NCBI GenBank assembly: GCA_965219995.1
Contig: CBDCOX010000002.1
Coordinates: 768,001-832,000, forward strand
Direction: 5' to 3'
Origin: Candidatus Latescibacterota bacterium
GTDB lineage: Bacteria > Latescibacterota > UBA2968 > GCA-2709665
DNA length: 64,000 nt
The position numbers and the translations under genes are program-made. This document shows, in pieces, positions 48,515 through 58,927 of the stretch (positions within the stretch are counted from its first letter, which is position 1; the number at the start of each line of letters is the position of its first letter). The notes beneath the pieces were generated by a model that was not told the DNA's origin, ran no database searches, and saw nothing but the letters and a program-made list of their open reading frames with translations.

Positions 48515-51361
48515 CTAAAGGTAATGTGAGAGACGAGCGTAAAGATATCTGCCCATGAAATCGTAGGTACTGGAATCCGAGGTGCCGAGAAAGCCGTTGA
48601 ATATCACCGCGGGCCGCTGGTTGAAGATATTGTTGATACCGACCGTCAAAACGGATGCGCCCATCCGTGTCCCGAGTCTGTAGGTTCCGTACAGGCCGAA
48701 GGTGCTGTTCGCGCTGACGTCGCGACTTACAGGCGTTTCCGACACGTCCTCGCGATACAGACCCTTGCAGTCGTCGTCCTCGCATTCCAGGAACCCTCCG
48801 ACGTACTTCCAGTTCAGGCCGAGAGAGACGCGCGGCTGACTCAGACCCGCCGTAAGCGCATGCCGCCACCTGGGAAATACCCCCAGATCGTAGTAACCCC
48901 TTCCCTTCACCAGTTCCAGGCCGCCGGGCGCCGGAACAAGCTGCTCGTATTTGAAAAGCAGATTGCTCTCCGTGCGGGTCGTTAGAATCCCCAGGGGCGT
49001 GTCGACCGTGTAATCCAGTTCGATGTCCAGTCCGCTGGTCTCGGTTTCACCCACGTTTGCGCCCTGCGAAAAGATGGTCGTAATCAGCTTCGTATTCGGG
49101 TCCCGTATGATCTGATCGCAGTAGGACGGCGTTTCCTGCGAATAGCAGTTACTCAGAATGAGCCCTGCAGGAAGCGCCCCGATCACATCCTCTATCTTAT
49201 TCGTATAGTAGCTGACGGCAACATCCAGGTTTTCGGCGTATTCAGGCTCGTAAACCACCCCCGCCGTAATCATGGCGGCGGTTTCCGGTTCCAGGTCGGT
49301 AGAGCCGCCGACTTTGGCCCGCAACTGCGCGCGTGCGTCTTCGAAGTCGGGCGGGACGCCGGCTGCCGCGCAATTCCTCTGTTGTTCGGCCGTCAGCGTT
49401 CGCGTGCTACCGGCTTCGTCCACCACGCTGCAGGGGTCGCTTACGAGCGGGAAAGCATCGCTCTGGCCGAGGAACATCTCCGCGATGCCGGGGGCGCGAA
49501 ACGCATTGGATATTGTCGCCCGGAGCGTCAGTCCCCGGGGGAGCACGCAGCGGGCGCCAGCCTCGTACGTCACGCCGCTCCCGAAGGTGTCATAGTCGAA
49601 TGCCCTGCCAGCCGCCGTCAGGTCCAGGCCAGCGGCTTCCGTCCGATATACCGGCACGGAAGCCTCCCCGTACAGGGCCCTTACCGAGTAGGTGCCTTCG
49701 GTGGATTCCTGCTTGCTGCCGGTCGTATTTCCCGATTTCGTTACCGGATCCGGGAGATAGGCACCAGCTTCCCAGCGTGAAGATGCCCCCGCCGCCACCG
49801 CCAGCGGTCCGGCCGGCAGTTCGGCGATCTGCCCGGTCAGGTTCAGCTGGAGGATCTTCTGTTTGGTGTAGCCCGTCGCGATTCCGGTATACTGGATATA
49901 GTCCAGCATTTCCTGAGTGATCGTCCCGGCGCCGTGCAGCAGATCAAGCGGAACGCAATCGCCGATGGCGGCGCATTCCTCGGCGGGCCCCAGTGCATGC
50001 GCGAGATTGCTGAGGATGAATCGACCTTCGTTGATATTGGTTCCCTCGCTGCGGCCGTACGAATACGACAGATCCGTGTCGAAACCCGAGATCGGATATT
50101 CCAGGCCAAGTACGACGCGGTAGGTGTTGATGTCCTGGAGGAAGTTGCGATTGCCCGCTTCGACGAACCGGCGGCGGACGTCGTAAAACTCCCGGCCGAA
50201 TTCATTGTAGACATTTGTGGAAGAAATCGAGAGGCCCTCGCTGATGATGAAGAGGGGGGTCGGGGCAAGCTTCTGGTCGGACTGCCGGTTTGTATAAGAG
50301 ACCTCGAAGAAGCCATTGGCCTCCGGGGCGAGTTCATAGGTGCCGCTGAGAAAGGTGGTGTATCGGGTCTGGGGCGTATAGAGGTAATTTTCCGGCTGGT
50401 AGTTGTACAGGTCGCCGCTGCCGTCCGATGAGTTGCCAGCCCAGTTGAACGGGCGCCATCCACCGTTGGGGTCGCGGTGGTAGTCGCCGGCTTCATCCCC
50501 GGCTGCAGAAACCACGGCCTGCCACGTCTCGTTACCGGGATCTTCGGTGCGGTCGATGATGTGACCTTCCGGCGTCGCCGAACTGCCGCTTGTGGCGTAG
50601 GTGCCGTCGTTTTTCCCCCAGTCGTAGGACTTGTCCTCGTTGCTGAAGGGCCGGTCGCCGGTCCATACGGGGCCCTGATTGTGGTAGCCGGCCGAAAACA
50701 GGACGCTGCCTTTTTCGCTCTTCAGACCGGCTGTCACGCTGACATCCAGCGTCTCGCCGTCGCCCTCGCCCGAAACACCCCGGTAGAATTCAAGCTCGAG
50801 ACCTTCGGTTTCGGCCCGTGTGATGACATTGACGACGCCGCCGACCGCGTCGGAGCCGTACACTGCCGACGCGCCGTCCTTGAGCACTTCGACGCGTTCA
50901 ACGGCCGAGGCAGGAATGGCATTGAGATCGACCGAGGAATTGGCGCCGGTGCCGCCCGGAACGAAGCGGCGGCCGTTGAGCAGCACCAGCGTTCGATGCG
51001 CGCCCAGCCCCCGGAGACTGATGCGCGTGGACCCGTCGCCGCCGTTGTTGGCCTGTGTATTGATGGCATTGGACTGGACGGTGAGGGTCTGCAGGACGTC
51101 TCCTATCGACGCCAGGCCCCGTACCTTGATTTCATCCCGGGACATGACAATGACCGGAGCCGGCGTAAGGTCGTCCTCGCTCTTGATCCGGGAGCCGGTC
51201 ACGGTAATGGTTTCCATCTCGTAGACCATAATCTCCTCGTCCTCGGCCTTTTCAACTTCCTCGACGTCTTCAACGTCTTCGGCAACCGCCGCGGTAACGC
51301 ACACTGTGCTGGCGAAAAAGACAACCAGCACGAACCACAAGACCTTGGCAGGGTTCTTCAT
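48515..51361 (-). CDS. TonB-dependent receptor
   Basis: Signal peptide from ATG 51361; TonB box ETITVTGSRI; plug LRGLG..RTLVLLNGRR and VEVLKDGASAVYGSDAVGGVVN; barrel LEPET, GINNIFN, YDFMGRYLY. Confidence 0.95.
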   Translation of the reverse strand: MKNPAKVLWFVLVVFFASTVCVTAAVAEDVEDVEEVEKAEDEEIMVYEMETITVTGSRIKSEDDLTPAPVIVMSRDEIKVRGLASIGDVLQTLTVQSNAINTQANNGGDGSTRISLRGLGAHRTLVLLNGRRFVPGGTGANSSVDLNAIPASAVERVEVLKDGASAVYGSDAVGGVVNVITRAETEGLELEFYRGVSGEGDGETLDVSVTAGLKSEKGSVLFSAGYHNQGPVWTGDRPFSNEDKSYDWGKNDGTYATSGSSATPEGHIIDRTEDPGNETWQAVVSAAGDEAGDYHRDPNGGWRPFNWAGNSSDGSGDLYNYQPENYLYTPQTRYTTFLSGTYELAPEANGFFEVSYTNRQSDQKLAPTPLFIISEGLSISSTNVYNEFGREFYDVRRRFVEAGNRNFLQDINTYRVVLGLEYPISGFDTDLSYSYGRSEGTNINEGRFILSNLAHALGPAEECAAIGDCVPLDLLHGAGTITQEMLDYIQYTGIATGYTKQKILQLNLTGQIAELPAGPLAVAAGASSRWEAGAYLPDPVTKSGNTTGSKQESTEGTYSVRALYGEASVPVYRTEAAGLDLTAAGRAFDYDTFGSGVTYEAGARCVLPRGLTLRATISNAFRAPGIAEMFLGQSDAFPLVSDPCSVVDEAGSTRTLTAEQQRNCAAAGVPPDFEDARAQLRAKVGGSTDLEPETAAMITAGVVYEPEYAENLDVAVSYYTNKIEDVIGALPAGLILSNCYSQETPSYCDQIIRDPNTKLITTIFSQGANVGETETSGLDIELDYTVDTPLGILTTRTESNLLFKYEQLVPAPGGLELVKGRGYYDLGVFPRWRHALTAGLSQPRVSLGLNWKYVGGFLECEDDDCKGLYREDVSETPVSRDVSANSTFGLYGTYRLGTRMGASVLTVGINNIFNQRPAVIFNGFLGTSDSSTYDFMGRYLYARLSHYL

Positions 51362-52010
51362 GAGAGGACTCTCCTCTGGTAAGGCACCATCTAGTACCTG
51401 GAATCGGTGGCGCTCACTGGCAAAGTCAACACTGCCCTTCTTCAATCGGCAACCCGCACGATGGGGGATGGTGCGCAGGGACACGACCAGAAATATTGCC
51501 TCGTATCTGGTGGGGGAGTTGGGGTGGGGTCTCCTCGCATCGATAAACGTGCAGATACGGCGCGTGGCTGTCCCGCAAGGGATCTTCATATTAAATATAA
51601 CGCCGACGGAGACAGCGGCAAGGTGTCTGATCGGTTATATTTCGAATTGTTACGGACGGCACGGGCCATTTCCCCCGGCCGACTGCCCCGGGGGAGAGGG
51701 GAGACGTGAGACGGGAGAGGAACCCACCGCCGTCACCGGTCGCCAATGTGGCCAAGCGATGAATTCGCGTTGGCGCGGCAACCGCTCCCCCCTGCCGCAA
51801 AAAAGCAGGAGTCAGCGATCAGTCATAGGCCGTCGGCCAGAACCGGTCAGCGGTACGGACATGCGATGTCAATTCACGGATTTCCGCAGGGGATTCACTC
51901 CATTGGAACCCGATTCTGGTTGTATTTCTCGCTTGCAGGTCGTAGTTTAGCGATCACGAATTCAGTGAATCCGCGTGACAGCGACGGGTGTTTTCTTCAG
52001 GAGAGTGGAG

Positions 52011-52607
52011 ATGATTGGTATTTTCCGGTGGTGGGCACGAAGGACGGTGACTCCTCAAAGGCTGCAGCTCCCGGTCGTTTTCCTGACCGCGGCTTTGCTG
52101 TTTGCCTGCGGCAATGATTCCGTATCCGACGAGCCCGGTTCGGATCTGAGGGACATCGATCGCATTGAGGATCTCAAGGCGATCTTCAATCGGGATGCCG
52201 GCGCCCCCCGCCTCATCCTGCTGCTTTCGCCCACGTGACCGGTCTGCCAGGCAGGCGCCAGTTGGGTGCAGGACGAGATTCTTGAAAGGAACGGCGAGGC
52301 AGACGTGAAGGTCTACGCGGTCTGGCTTCCCATGATCGCGAGCGATGCCCGGTCGGAGTGGCGGCACAGCCTGCTTCCGGATTCCAGGGTCGTCCATCTC
52401 TGGGATGAGCAGCGGGTTACCGGACGCTGGTTCGCGCAGCAGGCGTGGTACGATAAGGACGTGGACGTCGCGTGGGACATCTATGTCCTCTTCGGCCCGG
52501 AAGCGCGGTGGGACGCGTCGCCCGGTCCGCCCGTCAGCTGGGGGGAAACCGTCGTGGATGCACGTGAACAGCTCAGGCGGGACTTTCAGGCGCTGCTGGG
52601 TGAGTAG
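52011..52607 (+). CDS. putative thioredoxin-like selenoprotein lipoprotein (UxxC; in-frame TGA at 52236-52238)
   Basis: Track ORFs 51975..52238 and 52266..52607 are in the same frame and join as LILLLSPT-TGA-PVCQAGASWVQ. Lipobox LFA-C; alternative start GTG 52047. Confidence 0.85.
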
Positions 52608-52674
52608 GGGGGTGGGAGAACAGAGACGAAACCATTCGTTTGAATTGACCGCGTCGTCTCCGATTTTCGTACGA

Positions 52675-52701
52675 AAAAAAGGAGGCCGAAAGTCGGCCTC
52701 C
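52675..52701 (-). terminator. terminator after tRNA-fMet
   Basis: GGAGGCCGA-stem hairpin followed by a T6 tract on the minus strand. Confidence 0.8.
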
Positions 52702-52714
52702 TCTGTTGTTTATT

Positions 52715-52791
<77 letters not shown>

Positions 52792-52836
52792 ACCACAAAT
52801 CCATTATAGTGAAATCTATCAATCCGAGTCGTTTTG

Positions 52837-54126
52837 TCAAGCGATTTCTTGTGTTTTGTCCTGTTTGTTCCGATCGGGTTCCTGTTTGACGATCCGGACG
52901 GTGGTAATGCGTTGACCGACCACTTCCTCGACCCACAGCGTGAGGTTTTCGAATACAAAGGTCTCTTCGGGACCCGGGACCCGGCCCAGGTGGTTGTAGA
53001 TGAACCCGCCGAGGGTTTCGTATCCTTCACGCGGAAGCTCGATATTAAGGATCAGATTGAGGTCGTCTATATCCAGCCTCGCATCGGCAACCAGCACGTG
53101 TCCGTCTTCGTCCCAGTGAAACAGTTGCTCTTCCTCGTCGTATTCGTCGTGGATTTCGCCCACGATCTCTTCGATCAGGTCCTCGAGCGTGACCAGTCCG
53201 GAGGTGCCTCCGAATTCATTGATGACAATGGCCATATGCACCTTGTTGGTCTTGAATTCCCGCATCAACTCCGCGATTTTCTTGTTTTCAGGCACGAAAT
53301 ACGGCTTGCGCATGGCGCCTTCCGGAGTCCAGTCCTCACCGGTGCTTAAGAGCTCGAGCAAATCCTTGGCGTAAACCACGCCTTCGATATGGTCCACGCG
53401 TTCCCGGTAGATCGGAATGCGGGAGTGGCGTCGCTGCTGGATCAGCGCCAGGATGTCCGCCGGTTTGGAGGAGATTTCTGCGCACACCATATCAATACGC
53501 GGAACCATCACTTCCTTCACGGTGGTGTCGCCGAACTCGAATATGCCGGCGATCATGTCCCGCTCTTCCTCTTCGATGGTCCCTTCCTCGGTCTCGGTTT
53601 CCACAATCTGACGCAGTTCCTCCTCCTTGATGGCCCTAGTATCGGTTTCGCTGACAAACAGGCTCTGAGTCTTCTGCAGGAGCATCGTTGGCGCAAGCAG
53701 CAGCATATAGAGTGGATAGTATATGGCAATCAGATGCGGCAGCGGGCGGTCGGATCCCTCTTCCCGCCTGTAGAACGAGACGGCATTGCCAATCAGCAGC
53801 GAAAACAGCACGAACACGGTGATGCTCAGCAGGTCGCGCAGAAGCGGCCAGGCGAAGTCACCCAATCCGAACCTGACGAGGGATGCGAACGCAAGTCCGC
53901 CCAGGGTGATGGAAAGCGATTGACCAAGCGTGACCGTCAGGCCCAGAGCGTATCTCGGCCGGTACATCGACAGCAGGAGATTCGCACGGGGGACGGCTTC
54001 ATCCCGGAGGCGTTCCAGTGTCGCCCTGGATATCGTGCTTCCGATCGCGCCTGCGCGTGCAATCAGCGCGGTAACGACCAGGGATCCACACGCGACAAGT
54101 GCTGCCAGCCATTCGGAGTCGTCCAA
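52837..54126 (-). CDS. hemolysin-family / CorC-type CNNM-CBS-CorC membrane protein
   Basis: TM N-terminus; VKEVMVPR, HSRIPIY, NEFGGTSGLVTLEDLIEEIVGEI.DEYD, YETLGG. Confidence 0.9.
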   Translation of the reverse strand: MDDSEWLAALVACGSLVVTALIARAGAIGSTISRATLERLRDEAVPRANLLLSMYRPRYALGLTVTLGQSLSITLGGLAFASLVRFGLGDFAWPLLRDLLSITVFVLFSLLIGNAVSFYRREEGSDRPLPHLIAIYYPLYMLLLAPTMLLQKTQSLFVSETDTRAIKEEELRQIVETETEEGTIEEEERDMIAGIFEFGDTTVKEVMVPRIDMVCAEISSKPADILALIQQRRHSRIPIYRERVDHIEGVVYAKDLLELLSTGEDWTPEGAMRKPYFVPENKKIAELMREFKTNKVHMAIVINEFGGTSGLVTLEDLIEEIVGEIHDEYDEEEQLFHWDEDGHVLVADARLDIDDLNLILNIELPREGYETLGGFIYNHLGRVPGPEETFVFENLTLWVEEVVGQRITTVRIVKQEPDRNKQDKTQEIA

Positions 54127-54133
54127 AATGGAT

Positions 54134-54586
54134 TCACGCTCCTTTCATCGGTATGCCTGCTTGAAGCCGCGCCAGATATTCGCATTCCTTGCGTCGCATG
54201 GACGCACTGGATCCGGGCTCGTCGTGCCGGTACCCGAGCAGATGCAGGGCGCCATGTACGGCAAGCCACGAGATTTCATCGGACAGGTCGCGAGATCTTT
54301 CCCGTGCCTGCGCTTTGGCCCGATCCACCGAAATGTAGATTTCACCGAAATCGCCGCCATCGGGATGGATCGGGTCCGCCAAATCGAAGGACAAGACATC
54401 GGTAGGCCCGGATGCGCCTTTGAACTCGCGGTTCAGACGACAAAGCGTCACGTCGTCGGCCAGGATCAGGGTGAGGGTACCGACCGCATCGTGATCCTCG
54501 AGCACGCGGTTGAGCAGGAAGTCGAGGTTCACCGGATCGAAGGGTTCGGGAAGCCGCGCTTCCTGCTCGATGCAGATCCGGCTCAC
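54134..54586 (-). CDS. ybeY: rRNA maturation endoribonuclease YbeY
   Basis: LNREF, PTDVLSF, GEIYIS, HGALHLLGYRH; GTG start overlapping the upstream stop. Confidence 0.93.
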   Translation of the reverse strand: MSRICIEQEARLPEPFDPVNLDFLLNRVLEDHDAVGTLTLILADDVTLCRLNREFKGASGPTDVLSFDLADPIHPDGGDFGEIYISVDRAKAQARERSRDLSDEISWLAVHGALHLLGYRHDEPGSSASMRRKECEYLARLQAGIPMKGA

Positions 54587-56895
54587 AGGACTTCCTTTCC
54601 GCGCCTGGATTGAACCCGCTTCTGTTCGTGCTGCCACGGATAGGCAACGCGGCTGTGCCATGTGCCCTCGAGGATGGGCAGAAACGCTTCCTGAATCCTG
54701 GTCAGGTCCCGGAGCGTCAGGTCGCATTCGTCCAGCTCACCGGCGGTAAACCGTCCCTTTACGAGCCTTTGCACCATTTCACGGGTGTCGTCGGGAGAAA
54801 TCGCGTTGAGGCTGCGTATCGCCGATTCCACCGCATCGGCAAGGCTGACGATACCTGCCTCTCGCGTTTGCGGCCTCGGACCCGGATATCGGAAATCGGC
54901 GTCGCGCACCTCGTCAGGGGCGCTGCTTTCCATGGCGCTCTTCTTGAATCCCGCGATTTCGCTGGTCCCGTGATGCTGGGAGATCATGTCGATAATCACC
55001 CGCGGCAGACCTTCCTCTTCCGCCATTCTGACGCCGTCCTTCACATGGGAGATGAGAATCAGGGCGCTCAGACGGGGCTGGAGTTCATCGTGTGGGTTCA
55101 CGCCTTTCTGGTTCTCGATAAAATAGTGGGGCCGTGTCATTTTGCCGATGTCATGGTAATAACAGCCTACCCGCGCCAGCAGGCCGTTGGCGCCAACGAC
55201 TTCAGCGGCGGCCTCCGAAAGCCTGGCCATGATGATGCTGTGACTGTACGTGCCCGGCGCCCGAATGGCCAGGTTGCGAAGCAGCGGGCGGTTCAGATCC
55301 GATAGCTCCAGCAGCGTGTAGGTCGTGACCACGCTGAATGCGCTTTCGAAGATCGGCAGCAGGCCGATGGTAAGAACTGAGGATGCGCAGGCTGTGAAGG
55401 TACCCAGAACCAGGTCCCACCTGACCTTCTGGAAAAACTCACCGAAACTTGCATAGCTGAACAAAAGGGTGGCGGTTGCGAAGGTGGAGAGCAGATAGGC
55501 GCAGACCAGGAAGGCGATGGAACGGTAAAAAAAGTCGCTGCGCCGGTTTACCGGACGCACGGAGTATGCCCCGGCAGCCCCGGTAATCAGGTATATCAGT
55601 CCGAACGAAAGGCTTCCCACGATACTCGCGCACAGCGTGGCGCAAACGAACGACACAACGAGGCCGACTTCCGTGTCGAATAGCACGGTCGCCAGCATCA
55701 CCGACAGGGCAACCGGCACCAGCAGGGGCGTTATCGACGACACGGTTGCCGCATAGGACGCGACCAGGCACGGCATGGTGACCAGGATGCCGAACAGGAC
55801 GAAGTTGGAGGTTGACGCGAAGACCGCGGGCCGCGACACCTGAAGAAATACGAACAAAATCGCAACCAGCAGGGCGCTGACTGCGGCCTGGGCGCCAACC
55901 TGCAGATGATAGAGGTAGGGGACCCGGTCGATCGCACGGTTCATGTGCGCGGCGAGAGAGCGCAACTCGTCCATGTGTTCCGAGGTCACGCGGTCGTGTT
56001 TGTCGACGATGCGCTCGCCTCCCAGAACGGTCCCCTTGTAAGGCGAGACCCTTGCCGCGGCCTCTTCTCTGCGCCGTCCGGTCTCTTCGGTGCTGTAGGT
56101 GAGATTGGGCGTCAGAAAGACGACGACAAGCTCGTATACGGCCTTGATCTCCGCGGGAGTACCCTGCGGGAACTGGGTGTCGATCTCATCCTGTAAGCTT
56201 CGCTCATACCACTCCAGGCCTCGGATAGGCGCCCCCGAAATGCGTCGCTCGCCGTCTGCCTGGACGAGGAGCACTTCTACGGTTTCGTCTCCGAGGACTT
56301 CGGAGTCCTGGTTCAAAACGCCGGCCGTATAACTGGATATCAGCAGATCGCGGACAGTGGTGCGGAGCTTCTCGAATCCGGTAGGGTAATTGGCCGCCTG
56401 ATCGATGAGAAATCTCAAGCTGGCCTGAGAAACGGAGCCGATTTCAGAATGTGCCTGCTGGAGATGATGTACGGCCGAGTCCGGAACGACGGCAGCACTC
56501 CTCCGGCTCAGATCCTCGAAGAATCCGTCAAGCGCCTGTTGCCGATCCGTTGCGATCCCCTCGTTCAGGATCAAGACCGGAAGAACGTCTTCGCGGGCCG
56601 CTTCCACTTCACGGCCGTATTCGGTTTCGTTCTTGAGCACTTTGAAGTTTTCCGGTGCGATCACTTCGTAGGGCGCGATGGTGCCCTCGCTGAATGCACT
56701 GTGTTCGTAGTTCGTTCTGGCAATGGGGAAGAAATACGTCAAGAGGGCAACCAGCGTGAAGAGGATGCCCCCTCGAAACAGAACCCTCACGCGCGAACGC
56801 AACTTGCGACGGGACAACGCAAGGCGGTCATCGCCGCCCGTATCCGGTTCCAAGAATCCTGTGTCCAGGAGCATCTGTCGGAGACTGCGCATCAT
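54583..56895 (-). CDS. 7TM-HD phosphohydrolase (PgpH-like, HDIG)
   Basis: 7TMR-HDED extracellular region and TM helices; APGTYSHS, YYHDIGK, HV.DG, QHHGT, F.YPGP.P, LADAVESA. Confidence 0.9.
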   Translation of the reverse strand: MMRSLRQMLLDTGFLEPDTGGDDRLALSRRKLRSRVRVLFRGGILFTLVALLTYFFPIARTNYEHSAFSEGTIAPYEVIAPENFKVLKNETEYGREVEAAREDVLPVLILNEGIATDRQQALDGFFEDLSRRSAAVVPDSAVHHLQQAHSEIGSVSQASLRFLIDQAANYPTGFEKLRTTVRDLLISSYTAGVLNQDSEVLGDETVEVLLVQADGERRISGAPIRGLEWYERSLQDEIDTQFPQGTPAEIKAVYELVVVFLTPNLTYSTEETGRRREEAAARVSPYKGTVLGGERIVDKHDRVTSEHMDELRSLAAHMNRAIDRVPYLYHLQVGAQAAVSALLVAILFVFLQVSRPAVFASTSNFVLFGILVTMPCLVASYAATVSSITPLLVPVALSVMLATVLFDTEVGLVVSFVCATLCASIVGSLSFGLIYLITGAAGAYSVRPVNRRSDFFYRSIAFLVCAYLLSTFATATLLFSYASFGEFFQKVRWDLVLGTFTACASSVLTIGLLPIFESAFSVVTTYTLLELSDLNRPLLRNLAIRAPGTYSHSIIMARLSEAAAEVVGANGLLARVGCYYHDIGKMTRPHYFIENQKGVNPHDELQPRLSALILISHVKDGVRMAEEEGLPRVIIDMISQHHGTSEIAGFKKSAMESSAPDEVRDADFRYPGPRPQTREAGIVSLADAVESAIRSLNAISPDDTREMVQRLVKGRFTAGELDECDLTLRDLTRIQEAFLPILEGTWHSRVAYPWQHEQKRVQSRRGKEVL

Positions 56896-56907
56896 CGTTC
56901 GGATACC

Positions 56908-57909
56908 TTACACTTCCTGCTGACCCGCGCCGTCGTTCGGGTCGGGTTCATCGGCTGCCTGAAGCTTTTTTTCACTCTCATAGCGGTCGTAAGCCGAAAT
57001 GATCTTCCGGACCAACGCGTGGCGTACGACGTCCCGCTCCGTAAAGCTGACGAATCGGATGGCCTCGATATGCGAGAGGATCTGCTGGACGTGCACAAGT
57101 CCGGACACATCGTCCGGCAGCAGGTCGATCTGCGTGACATCACCGTTGACAACGGCCTTCGAGTTGGCCCCCAATCGCGTGAGAAACATCTTCATCTGGC
57201 TGATCGTCGTGTTCTGGGCCTCATCCAGGATGACAAAGGCGTTGTTGAGCGTGCGCCCTCGCATGAATGCCAGGGGAGCGATTTCCAGAGTCCGATTCTC
57301 GAGCAGGTGTTGTATATGCTCGCCGGGAATCATGTCCCGCAGTGCGTCATATAACGGCCGCAGATAGGGATCGACCTTTTCCTGAATGTCACCCGGCAGG
57401 AATCCCAGGCTTTCTCCGGCTTCGACCGCCGGGCGGGTCAGAATGATCCTCGAGACTTCCTTGCGCTTCAAGGCGGCGGCGGCACAGGCCACAGCGAGAT
57501 AGGTCTTGCCGGTCCCGGCGGGGCCGATGCCGAAGACGATATCGAATTTCTCGATTCCGGTCACATATTGTTGTTGGGCGGCGGAACGAGGCCGAATCAT
57601 GCACTTCTGTGTAACAAGAACGGTCTTGCGGGTGTCGGACGGGCCGTTGTCGACGGTCACGGCGCACGACTCCTCCGACTGTTCGGGGATGTCGCCGCGC
57701 CGCAGACAGGAGACCATCTCTTCCAGCAGGCCGGAAACATGCCGTACCTTGAACGCGGGACCGGAGATCGTGACGGTTTCGCCACGGGCCGTTACGTGAA
57801 CGCCGTAACGGGCTTCGAGCGCCAGGAGGTTGACGTCGTTGTGACCGTACAGCGTGAGGGGATCGACACCCTTGATCGATAGCTGATGAGATAAGGTTCT
57901 GTTTCTCAA
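56908..57909 (-). CDS. phoH: PhoH-family ATPase
   Basis: GPAGTGKTYLA, RPAVEAGE.LGFLPGD, PLAFMRGRTL, DEAQN, GD.TQIDL; start uncertain (TTG 57909). Confidence 0.95.
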   Translation of the reverse strand: MRNRTLSHQLSIKGVDPLTLYGHNDVNLLALEARYGVHVTARGETVTISGPAFKVRHVSGLLEEMVSCLRRGDIPEQSEESCAVTVDNGPSDTRKTVLVTQKCMIRPRSAAQQQYVTGIEKFDIVFGIGPAGTGKTYLAVACAAAALKRKEVSRIILTRPAVEAGESLGFLPGDIQEKVDPYLRPLYDALRDMIPGEHIQHLLENRTLEIAPLAFMRGRTLNNAFVILDEAQNTTISQMKMFLTRLGANSKAVVNGDVTQIDLLPDDVSGLVHVQQILSHIEAIRFVSFTERDVVRHALVRKIISAYDRYESEKKLQAADEPDPNDGAGQQEV

Positions 57910-57929
57910 CCGGTCAGGTCTTTTAGAAA

Positions 57930-57975
57930 TAAAAAAAGCCCTCGTTCCGGTCAGACTCCGGGAACGAGAGCTTTT
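57930..57975 (-). terminator. terminator after the LysM gene
   Basis: Minus strand AGCTCTCGTTCC...GGAACGAGGGCT followed by a T tract. Confidence 0.7.
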
Positions 57976-58062
57976 CATGTGGTTTATTCGTGGTGTGAGT
58001 CGCTATCCATTTTGCGAGGGCGTAATTCTCCGTCGTTCGAAGGCAGGGTGTCCGGTGACCGG

Positions 58063-58911
58063 TCAGTCTTCCGGAACGTCGATGACCTGCGCCGGGAAGA
58101 CCAGGTTCGGATCCCTGATCTGAGATTTGTTCGCCCGATAAATGCGGTGCCATTTCGTCGGGTCGTTATAAACCATGCCGGCGATGCTCGTAAGCGTATG
58201 TCCCTGAAGGATCAGGTGTTGTCCTCTGTCTACGCCGAAGGGAATCTGCAGAACCCAATCGGGGTAGATCAGATCCGGATTCTTGATCTTGTCGCGATTT
58301 TCAAGATAAATCCGGGGCCACAGGTAGGCGTTGTCGTAGATTTCCTCGCTCCTTGCGATCTTCCAGAGGTTGTCGTTTCGGAGCACCGTGTAGTCTTTGA
58401 TTTTCTTCGCGGGCATCCGGGCGGAAATGCTCTCGATCAGTTGCACGATGGTCTTCAGTTTCATCCGTGCTTTGGGAAGATGGCGGATCTTGTTCTGCTT
58501 CAGGCCTTCGACCTCTTCGGAAATCGCATCGAAATGATCACGCTGGTCGAAAAGATCGGCGTCCGGAAGATTCATCAGGGCCCTGAGTTGCCCCTCGATG
58601 CGATCCAGCGCGGCCAGGTAGGCATCGATGCAGGCTTGATCGGGACACCCGACCAGGTCCAGGATTTCCTGCAATGTACTTGCAATCTGCGCATCCAGGT
58701 CGGCGATTTGCTGTGAGACCCTGTCACCGGCCTCTTTGCATTCCTGCACTTTCTGCTTCGTTTCCTGGATCTCACGCTGCACGCTCGCGAGTTGCATTTC
58801 GTACTCTTCGTAGGTCATACCGTCGGACTGGGCAAAAGCAGCCACCGGAACCAGAGCCATTGCCAGCGCAGTGCAGACGAGTGAAAACCCGATGTGTTTA
58901 CGATTCTTCAC
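58063..58911 (-). CDS. secreted coiled-coil protein with two C-terminal LysM domains
   Basis: Signal peptide; YTVLRNDNLWKIA...WPRIY..N...IKNPDLIYP and a second LysM WHRIYRAN..IRDPNLVFP. Confidence 0.9.
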   Translation of the reverse strand: MKNRKHIGFSLVCTALAMALVPVAAFAQSDGMTYEEYEMQLASVQREIQETKQKVQECKEAGDRVSQQIADLDAQIASTLQEILDLVGCPDQACIDAYLAALDRIEGQLRALMNLPDADLFDQRDHFDAISEEVEGLKQNKIRHLPKARMKLKTIVQLIESISARMPAKKIKDYTVLRNDNLWKIARSEEIYDNAYLWPRIYLENRDKIKNPDLIYPDWVLQIPFGVDRGQHLILQGHTLTSIAGMVYNDPTKWHRIYRANKSQIRDPNLVFPAQVIDVPED

Positions 58912-58927
58912 AGGAATCTCCTTTCCA

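Noticed and set aside
51362-51975. Cobalamin or other riboswitch upstream of the TonB-dependent receptor
   Set aside because: I could not identify a B12-box or other recognisable aptamer core by eye. An Rfam scan would be needed.
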